NCBI GenBank assembly: GCA_965153355.1
Contig: OZ231126.1
Location: forward strand, 13,082,001-13,146,000
Direction of reading: 5' to 3'
DNA: 64,000 bases
Origin: Flaccisagitta enflata
Taxonomy: Eukaryota
Of this stretch, positions 54,608 through 64,000 are shown in pieces. Below the pieces are notes generated by a model that searched no databases, was not told the DNA's origin, and saw only the letters and a list, made by a program, of their open reading frames with translations. The position numbers and the translations under genes are program-made. Every line of letters begins with the position of its first letter. Positions within the stretch are counted from its first letter, which is position 1.

Positions 54608-54680
54608 GTCCCAAATTGGCACAATGGTAAAGATTCTCTGTTCCAGATTCTAAGGTCATGAGTTCAATTCTTACCATTGT
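54608..54680 (+). mobile_element. Degenerate tRNA-like sequence, probably a SINE head or tRNA pseudogene
   Basis: Pol III A-box-like TGGCACAATGG (54617-54627) and B-box-like GAGTTCAATTC (54660-54670) at tRNA spacing; stems pair poorly. Confidence 0.45.
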
Positions 54681-57600
54681 AGTTTGGCAATAGTCTGAAA
54701 CACAAAAAGCGATGGGACAATTGCTAAACTTTATTTTTGGCGATTTTATTTTCTACAAAAGACACAGGCTAACTTTTGCTAAGTTTTGCCAAGTTAAACC
54801 AAAGCAACATGTTTAGGAGAATCATTCATAAATTCATTCTTATGTTTTATTTTTTTTAATTCAAAACAAGATTTTTTTACACACTAAATTGAAACCGTGA
54901 TCCAACCATAGACAATGGAAAGATTATAAAAATCAAATTGCCTGAATGTTAAGCTTTGGGCTAGCAACACAAATTTCATCCTGCTAAAAATTGGCCATTT
55001 TCATACTAAATTTATAGTGTCTTTTGATCTTGACTTAGAAATGTTTAGTATATCCTTTTTTTAGATTTTCATTATTTTGAAAGTGGAGTAGATGTATTAG
55101 GTGCTGTATGCAAAACTATTGAGCACTGACAACAATATGCAAATTAAATGTGAGAGTGAAATAGAGACACAACCTGAAAGCTTTTTGAGGTCTGGTATGA
55201 CAAACATATAAAATTTGCCGATTTGTTCTCATAGTTAGATGGTAAGGAAAACCATCATGCAGAACCTTGTTGATCACATTTTCACTGGAAACAAATAAAA
55301 ACTAGTAATGAACAAACAAACAAGATTTGGCTTAGTATATAAATGATTCTATTGTCGCACGGTTATTTCATTTTGGAGACAATGTAAGTTACAAAAAAAT
55401 GGATGTAAACTGTTGATTAGATTGAAATGCAGCAATATGCAAATGAGCTTTAGATTTGATCAGTTTGATGCTGCAAAGTATCAGCTACCTGAAAGATAAG
55501 GGATTATTTTGAAGCCTCTCCAGACTTTGGAATCATCTGACTGAAGTCTACTTGTTCAAGATTTTAATCAATTGACCAATGTGTTTTTATTGGGATTAGT
55601 CTCATGCATGGAGCTACTCAATTACAGAATGTTTTAAAAAGTTTTTTCCATCAATGTAATTTTAAATTTTTTAACTCCAATTTTTTCTTCTAAATCTGAA
55701 AAAACATATTCATTAAAACATTCATCATGAATCGTTCAGGCAAAGAATTTTGTGATTTTTTTTCTGATTTTATCTGCAACTGTTCATAGTGAGCAGCAAG
55801 AAATAACTTTAGTGGAGGCTAGTCGTTTTTATCATGCAACAACTAGGATCTGTAAAAATTGTTTTGTCTACAATATGTAAATGAGTTTTCCCTCTGTTTT
55901 AATAGACCTTGATATCATTAAGCAAAAAATCATTTTGGATCTCATTAGCATATTGTAGTATTTCTTTCTGTCGTCACAAGGTCTTACACTGTTGTAATGA
56001 GATGGATGAAATCGGCCTCAGAAGATAATTTCATGATTTAAGGAAATTGTGCTTTTGGCGGTCTCAATCAGATGGAAAAAGCTTGGTAGCCATCATGAAC
56101 TATGATGAGCTATATCAGCTTATTCCAAGATGCCTTGATTTCCAAGTCAAGATTGATGTTTTAAGTCCCAAGAAACTTTTGGACTTAAAAGGGTCTCGCT
56201 TAATCAAATACTTCCATACCCTCTTTACTTGTGCTGTGCTAACCATTCACATCTTTTATAGCTACTTGATACAAATTTGACAGCGAATGAGTAGATGGAT
56301 CTACAACCAGACAATTGAGACTTTAAAAACGCAACTGCGATTAGGATTGTGACCTTTATATAGACAAGGGCTAAAATTGTCTGAAAAAAAAAACTTAAAT
56401 ATAATTGAAAGTCCAAGGGATGAAAATTGACCAAACAGATTTACTTGCATTCTTGTTGAATCAATTACATCCATAACTTTTTACGCGACTCTGCATCCTG
56501 CTATGTTGGTCCGATGGATGGTTGGTTGGTCAGTTGGTCCTTCTCCTACTAGCCTTTTTGATTAGGGCCTTTAAGCTAAGAATTGAGCCTCCTAGGCTGA
56601 TTTTTGGGCCTTTAAGGATAGAATTTGGTACTCAAGGCTGGGATTTGTGCTCTGAGGATCGGATCTGGGCCTCGAGAATGGGATTCCAGCCGTAAGGCTG
56701 GGATTGAGTCAGGGGGAGGGACAAGAGAGAAGAATAAAAAATCCCACTACTGTGTAAGGGCATCAACCCCTTCAGGGCCGCTGTCCAAATAAGGATCAGT
56801 AGGTTCAAAGGGAATTGGCCAGCCTGGAGGATAAGTCATGTTTAAAGTAACATCTTGAAGAAGGACCTATGATATTCATTGAAACTATTTTTTAGTCTGT
56901 AAGGAGCAAAATGAATTCAAAAACAATAGTGGTCAAATTATGGAATTGCTCTAAGGCATTGCAGATATCAAGAAATGGACTTGCCTGTTAGACTGATGGA
57001 CTAATGATCTATAGAATACCGATTCATGCACCTGAAAAAAAATGACATTCAGGATTTTCTAGGTAACTATAGAGCTGCAATATGCAAATAAGATTGACAG
57101 TGTCCCTTTTCAATGTTTCATACTGTTTTAGCTGCTTATTTGGTTGAAAAACAAGTGGACGGTTCTGTATCTCTTAATTCTAACTAACAATGGATTGTGA
57201 GTCAACGGATGTTAGGTGCATAGATTGGCTAGTTAGGGTATCTGGATAGAAGAACTAAGTGACAATTACACATCCTCAATAATGCCAAAATTTTTATGAT
57301 TTCTTGAGTTTTTTAGGTGTTTGTTAGACTGTAAGGAGCAAACTGAATTCCAGTATCATAGTAGTCAAATTATGGAATGGCTCTTAGGCATTGCAGATTT
57401 CAAGAAATGGACTTGACTGTTAGACAAATGGACTAATGATTTACTTAAGACCAACCCATGCACCTGAGAAAAAATAGACATTCAGGAAGTTTATCTAAGG
57501 TCACTAAAGAGCTGCAATATGCAAATCAGAATGACACAGTCCCTTCTCAGTCTTTCATACTATTTTGGCTACATAATAGGTTGAAACTAGTCATGCAAGG

Positions 57601-58404
57601 ATCACACATGGTCAGCGGTACCCAATGCCCTGCTTTGAGTGATCAGGTGAAGAAGTGGATTGAGAGGAGGGCAGGGGCCCCAAAGGGCCGATATCCTCTA
57701 GGACACAGGGGTAAATTTTCAGACATCCTTTAGGGGCCTCAGATGACTGGCTTAGGTCACCGAAAGCGGATTTGAGGACTAGAGTGCTGATTTGGGGGTG
57801 GAAGACAATTAGATGGTTCACTATCTTTTAATTCTCAAGTAAAAGCGGCCAGATTGCTCGTGTGCCAATATGTGTAAAGGGCATAGCATGATTTTTGAGA
57901 GTATTTGTACTCTAGAGAAGAACAAACACTTATTTGTTAATACCATAGTCCTTCAAGTTTTGCAATGGTGAATGTTTCTGTTGGTTTTTGTTAGACTTTT
58001 AGAAGCAAAATGAATTTCAATATGATAGTGGTCCAGTAATGCATTCATTTGCAGATATCAAGGGATGGACTTGATGGTTGGACTAATAGATCGACTAGAG
58101 ACCAATCAATGCCCCTTAAAAAATGACATTCAGGAAGTTTTTTTAGGACACTGTAGAGCTGCAATATGCAAATGAAATTGAGTGACCCTTCTCAGTCTTT
58201 TGTACTGTTTTATCTGCATAATATGTCTAACAAAGAGATGGAGGTTAAACGAAAGGTGCTCTATCTCCTTATTCATCTCTTTATTCAACAAGCCAGGGTG
58301 TAAAGGGCATAGACTGGTATAAAAAGTTGTCTAATGGGAAGATTTACACCCTTTTAAAAATAGCATAATTATCTTAGGTTTTCAAAAACAATTTATTTAC
58401 TTTT

Positions 58405-58619
58405 TTTAGTCGCGTGCTACGCGACTCTACACCCCGCTTTGTCGGTGCGTCGGTCCGTCCGTCCGTCGATTGGTCCATTGGTTCGTCCGTCACACTTTAC
58501 TTTTTTTTAGGTTTTTGCAATCTTTGGCCTCACTGCTCCTGCCCTAGTGATCAAGTGATCTCAAATAAGGCCCCTGCCCACCCGCACGCGACTGGGGTAG
58601 CCGTGTATCCGGCCTTGTT
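58405..58619 (+). mobile_element. Short HINE-like element, family B (cleanest copy)
   Basis: tagtcgcgtgctacgcgact 5' IR, (GTCC)n, 3' subTIR gcacgcgact, hairpin gccgtgtatccggc, ttgtt end. Confidence 0.7.
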
Positions 58620-59276
58620 TGTCTTTGTTAGACTGTGAGGAGCAAAATGAATTCCTATACAGTAGTGGTTCAGTTGTGGAATGACTCTTAAGCTTTGCAG
58701 ATATCAAGAGATGGACATGATTGTTAGGCAAATGGACGAATGATCTTTGAGAGACCAATCCATGCCTTAAAAAAGGAACATTCAAGAAGTTTTTTTCTAG
58801 GCCACTATCAAGGTGCAATATGCAAACGAGATTGACAATGACCCTTTGAAGTCTTTTCAGGTGCGCCAAAGCGACTCTAAAACTAGTCTGTTGGTTGGTC
58901 CGCCGGTTGGTGTGTCTGTTGGTCGGTACCGCATTTGTTGGATGATCCACACAGCGCACCTTGGCCTATTAGGCCTCTTTTACTGTTTAAGCTGCATAAA
59001 AGGTAAGAAAAATGGGTGGAAGACATATGGATGGTTCTCTATCTGTTAGTTCTCATTTGAAAAAGGCAAGGTTGCTAATGAATCAACAGGTTTGTGAAGT
59101 TGTCTAAAAGAAAGGGCAATGTTAATAATGAGGATATTGGGTTAGGTTGCAGTGAGCCCGAGAAATCGAGACAAAGCAAACTGAATTCCAGTATGATAGT
59201 AGTCAAATTATGGAATGGCTCTTAGGCATTGCAGATTTCAAGAAATGGACTTGACTGTTAGACCAATGGACTAATG

Positions 59277-61756
59277 GTTCAAAGTTCAAGTTTAAAGGTT
59301 CAATTTAGGGTTCAAAGTTCAAGGTTCAAAGTTCAAGGTTCAAAGTTCAAAGTTCAAGGTGCAAAGTTCAAGGTTCAAGGTTCAAAGTTTAAGGTTCAAA
59401 GTTTGAGGTTCAAAGATCAAGGTTCAAAGTTCAAGGTGTAAAAGTCAAGGTTCAATGTTCAAGGTTCAATGTTCAAGGTTCAAAGTTCAAGGTTCAAAGT
59501 TCAAGGTTCAAGGTTCAAAGTTCAAGGTTCAAAGTCCAAGGTTCAAAGTTCAAGGTTCAAAGTTCAAGGTTCAAAGTTCAAGGTTCAAAGTTCAAGGTTC
59601 AAAGTTCAAGGTTTAAAGTTCAAGGTTCAAGTTCATAGTTCAACATTCAAGGTTTAAAGTTCAAGGTTCAAAGTTCAAGGTTTAAAGTTCAAGGTTCAAA
59701 GTTCAAGGTTCAAAGTTCAAGGTTTAAAGTTCAAGGATCAAAGTTCAAGGTTCAAAGTACAAGGTTCAAGGTTCAAAGTTCAAGGTTTAACATTTAAGGT
59801 TCAAAGTTCAAGGTTCAAAGTTCAAGGTTCAAGGTTCAAAGTTCAAGGTTCAAAGTTCTAGGTTCAAAGTTCAACATTTAAAGTTCAAGGTTCAAAGTTC
59901 AAGGTTCAAAGTTCAGGGTTCAAAGTTCAAGGTTCAAGGTTCAAGGTTCAAAGTTCAAGGTTCAAAGTTCAGGGTTCAAAGTTCAAGGTTTAAAGTTTAA
60001 GGTTTAAAGTTTAAGGTTCAAAGTTCAAGGTTCAAGGTTCAAGGTTCAAAGTTCAAGGTTCAAAGTTCAAGGTTCAAAGTTCAAGGTTCAAAGTTCAAGG
60101 TTCAATGTTTAACATTTAAAGTTCAAGGTTCAAAGTTCAAGGTTCAAAGTTCAAGGTTCGAAGTTCAAAGTATAAAGGTCAAATTTAGGGTTCAAAGTTC
60201 ACAAAGTTCAAAGTTCAAGGTTCAATGTTTAAGGTTCAAGGTTCAAAGGTAGAAAGTTCAAGGTTCAAAGTTTAAAGTTCAAAGTTTGAGGTTCAAAGAT
60301 CAAGGTTCAATATTCAAGGTTTAAAGTTCAAGGTTTAAAGTTCAAGGTTTAAAGTTCAAGGTTCAAAGTTCAAGGTTCAAAGTTCAAGGTTTAAAGTTCA
60401 AGGTTCAAAGTTCAAGGTTCAAAGTTCAAGGTTCAAGGTTCAAAGTTCAAGGTTTAAAGTTCAAGGTTCAAAGTTCAAGGTTCAAAGTTCAAGGTTCAAG
60501 GTTCAAAGTTCAAGGTTCAAAGTTCAAGGTTCAAAGTTCAACATTTAAAGTTCAAGGTTCAAAGTTCAAGGTTCAAAGTTCAGGGTTCAAAGTTCAAGGT
60601 TCAAAGTTCAAGGTTCAAAGTTCAAGGTTCAAAGTTCAAGGGTTCAAAGTTCAAGGTTTAAAGTTCAAGGTTCAAAGTTCAAGGATCAAGGTTCAAGGTT
60701 CAAAGTTCAAGGTTCAAAGTTCAAGGTTCAAAGTTCAAGGTTCAAAGTTCAAGGTTCAATGTTTAACATTTAAAGTTCAAGGTTCAAAGTTCAAGGTTCA
60801 AAGTTCAAGGTTCAAAGTTCAAAGTTTAAAGGTCAAATTTAGGGTTCAAAGTTCACAAAGTTTAAAGTTCAAGGTTCAATGTTTAAGGTTCAAGGTTCAA
60901 AGGTAGAAAGTTCAAGGTTCAAAGTTTAAAGTTCAAAGTTTGAGGTTCAAAGATCAAGGTTCAAAGTTCAAGGTTTTAAAGTCAAGGTTCAAAGTTCAAG
61001 GTTTAAGGTTCAAGGTTCAAAGTTTAAGGTTCAAAGTTCAAGGTTCAAGGTTCAAGGTTCAAGGTTCAAAGTTCAAGGTTCAAGGTTCAAGGTTCAAAGT
61101 TCAAGGTTCAAAGTTCAAGGTTCAAAGTTCAAGGTTTAAGGTTCAAGGTTCAAAGTTTAAGGTTCAAAGTTCAAGGTTCAAAGTTCAAGGTTCAAAGTTC
61201 AAGGTTCAAGGTTCAAAGTTCAAGGTTCACAGTTCAAGGTTTAGAGTTTAAGGTTCAATGTTCAAGGTTCAAAGTTCAAGGTTCAAGGTTCAAGGTTCAA
61301 GTTCATAGTTCAACATTTAAAGTTCAAGGTTCAAAGTTCAAGGTTCAAAGTTCAGGGTTCAAAGTTCAAGGTTCAAAGTTCAAGGTTCAAAGTTCAAGGT
61401 TCAAAGTTCAAGGTTCAAAGTTCAAGGTTCAAAGATCAAGGTTTAAAGTTCAAGGTTCAAAGTTCAAGGTTCAAAGTTCAAGGTTCAAAGTTCAAGGTTC
61501 AAAGTTCAAGGTTCAAAGTTCAAGGTTCAAAGTTCAAGGTTCAAAGTTCAAAGTTCAAAGTTCCAGGTTCAAAATTCAAGGTTCAAAGTTCAAGGTTCAA
61601 AGTTCAAGGTTCAAAGTTCAAGGTTCAAAGTTCAAAGTTCAAGGTTCAAAGTTCAAGGTTCAAGGTTCAAAGTTCAAGGTTCAAAGTTCAAAGTTCAAAG
61701 TTCCAGGTTCAAAATTCAAGGCTCAAAATTCAAGGCTCAAAGTTCAAGGTTCAAAT
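59277..61756. repeat. Satellite of 7-bp units (AAGGTTC/AAAGTTC; 14-bp dimer), about 2.5 kb
   Basis: Direct reading. Confidence 0.98.
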
Positions 61757-62071
61757 CTTTATAAAAAGTAAAAAAAGTAAAAAGGGGACGGACGGACGGA
61801 CGGAGAGAGGGACGGACCAACATAGCGGAGTATAGAGTCCCGTGCACGCGACTAAAAACTGCGATCCTCCTCTTCACTTACAATCTTTCCCTTTACTCTC
61901 TGATGAAACGGTGCATGTAAACCCGCAAACCCAAATGCCCCTAGGCTACACAAAGACTTTGAATTTCCAAGATCATTTTCTCTCCCTCTCCTTCTTGGAT
62001 ACCAAAGCCAGGCCTCCCATTTTTGACTGGAATGACTCAACGCGGTCACCGGTGAGCTGGATTAAGGAAGC

Positions 62072-62156
<85 letters not shown>

Positions 62157-62348
62157 AAAAAGTAAGTCTTCTCTCTCTCTTTTTCTTTCTCTCCCTCAAT
62201 ATTTTTCATTGATCCTAATTATGGGCACTTTGTAACAGAAAAGAAAGGTCAAAATGCTACACACATTGACTAACTTTTATGATGATAGCTTTCAAGTCAC
62301 TCGCATCGTACCGTGCTTGCTCAGGGTTGCTGATGATGAACAAGTGGC

Positions 62349-62395
<47 letters not shown>

Positions 62396-62545
62396 TATTG
62401 CTTAAGTTAAGACACGCTGGGTGTCTGACCAGTGGTGGTGCCTTACTTGTTGGGTTGATCTGTCTAGTTAATTCTGACAACCAACCCCTTACCAACTCTT
62501 GCCTAAAATATTCCTTCCTTCCTAATTCATCCCTATTTCTAAATA

Positions 62546-64000
62546 CATCCCTACCCCTTTAACTCACCCTTCCCCTGGGACTAAACCTTACCCCTGAAAT
62601 CAACCCTCAAACACTCAAAACCTAAGCTTGATTACTTCTTTTATGCCTGATCAATTCCATAACTGAAACTGAGAATTTGTTTTCATTGTTATTCCTTTGA
62701 TATTTTAAAAGAAATAAGCCCCTTTTTTCTATCCCGAAAGAAGCCCATCTTTTGAAACAGATTGTTGAAGAGGAAGGTCAGAAACAATCCTTTTGGATGA
62801 GTGAGATTTTTGACAGACAGTGTCTTACTACCAGAACAAGAAATGAAACAGAAAGATACTGGAGAACAGGACATCATCAAGAGTCAAGATTGATTAAAGA
62901 ATATAAAATAATGGAATATGAAACATGGCTGAAGATTTTGATCAGGAGTAGACTATATCTGCAATATGCAAATGATTTTTTGGGTTTCTAAAGGTGTAGC
63001 CAATCTCCCTCTTACCCTGTAGTTTTACAATAACTTACATTCCAAAACCAAAAATATTTGATTGTTTGATACACTTCATCAAAAAGATGCTGCCTACCAA
63101 GTTCTGCATTGATTGACTGAAATTTTTGCAAAATCCAAATCAAGGTCATTTTTGTATAAGGAGAACAAGATTTTTCCACTAGTTAACACTTTGACTTTCA
63201 AAGGGTCAGGTTCAATCTCATCTGCATATTGTAGAGTGCAATTAAACCTCACGGTCTTTATCTTTTAATCAAATAACCCTCTCTTATTACTTCAAAAATG
63301 ATGTTTATTGAAATACATGAACTATTGATTAGATCTATGCTTTTTTCATGTAAGAAGTTATCTTTTATAATGTAGGTTTGATAGTTTCATTCACTGTGAT
63401 GTAAAAAGTATTATTAGAATGAAATCAGCCAAAGCATAGTCACCTTTTGAATGCATTCATTATACTTTATCCTAATTACAGGGGTTCACCGCAATTTGAT
63501 TTGACATCCTCAGTAATATCTTAGCCCTTCCTTTTAGATATCTTTACTAACCTGTCAATGCACTTTCCACCTGTTAATTCATGAGCAACCTTGCCCGTTT
63601 GAAATGAGAACTAACAGATAAAGAACCATCGATTTGTCTTCCACCCATTTTACCGACCTTTGATGCAGCAAAAATAGTAAACAAGGCCAAGTAGGGCAAT
63701 AAGGTGCGCCATGTGGATGCTCTAGCAAATGCATTACCAACCAGCAGACAGACCAACTGACCAACCAACTGACACAGCCAGTTATAGAAGTGCTTTGTCA
63801 CACCTAAAAAGACTTAGAAGAGACTTTGTCAATCTCATTTGCATATTGCAGCTCTATACCGACCTAGAAAAAAACTTCCTGAATGTTCTGTTTTTAAGGC
63901 ATGGATGGGTCTCCTGTAGATCATTGGTCCATTAGTCTTACAATCAGGTCCATCTCTTGATATCTGCAACGAATAAGAGTCATTCCGTAATTGGACTTCT
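62546..64000. repeat. Second, direct copy of the start of the 47.3-kb structure (matches about 47325-48730); runs off the window end
   Basis: Collinear homology at an offset of 15220 bp at its start, e.g. ctacccctttractcac..., gacagtgtcttactaccagaacaaga, and motif copies at about 62959, 63215 and 63832. Confidence 0.9.

Larger units (their letters stand above)
47325..59277. repeat. Large foldback-like inverted-repeat structure built from roughly 300-600-bp units carrying ATCTCATTTGCATATTGCAG
   Basis: Eleven forward motif copies at 47971-52805 and four reverse units at 57075-58832. Arms about 48225-50000 and 56880-59175 are reverse-complement homologous. An inner inverted pair lies at 53210-53420 / 54960-55170. 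Confidence 0.8.

Noticed and set aside
54608-54680. Functional tRNA gene
   Set aside because: A and B boxes are present but acceptor and anticodon stems do not pair convincingly; kept only as a SINE-like relic.
47971-58832. CRISPR-like array of 20-bp repeats
   Set aside because: Spacers are hundreds of bp long and homologous to each other, the context is eukaryotic, and no cas genes are present.
47570-58959. Short ORFs containing LICILQLY / LQYAN as a repeated protein domain or exon array
   Set aside because: They are translations of the DNA motif; reading frames are not conserved between units and stops are frequent.
59277-61756. Telomeric repeat or FKVQGS-repeat protein
   Set aside because: Interstitial, degenerate 7/14-bp array that does not match TTAGG or TTAGGG; the ORFs are chance stop-free runs.

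Overview
Eukaryotic, AT-rich, microsatellite-dense DNA, probably from an invertebrate animal (the species cannot be identified from this window). Three spliced genes can be reconstructed by hand with GT-AG introns and matching phases. (1) A secreted protein with a Cys-rich module plus an atypical C-type lectin domain (+, 691-10598, 5 exons, 245 aa). (2) Mitochondrial GABA transaminase ABAT (-, 12821-17882, 10 coding exons, 511 aa). (3) A 3-exon gene (-, 40335-43834, 576 aa) that the ORF track splits into three pieces; it fuses a putative permuted papain-like His...NCQHF domain to a six-bladed Kelch propeller and is the most unusual coding feature here. The rest is mostly repeats: two DINE-1/HINE-like non-autonomous element families, a solo LTR with a clean 5-bp TSD, an AT-rich foldback element, CAC-ended MITEs, a 30-bp minisatellite and a 7/14-bp satellite. 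There is also a roughly 12-kb non-coding inverted-repeat structure (47.3-59.3 kb) whose units carry a conserved octamer-containing motif; its start recurs 15.2 kb downstream. All alignments were done by eye and no database search was run.
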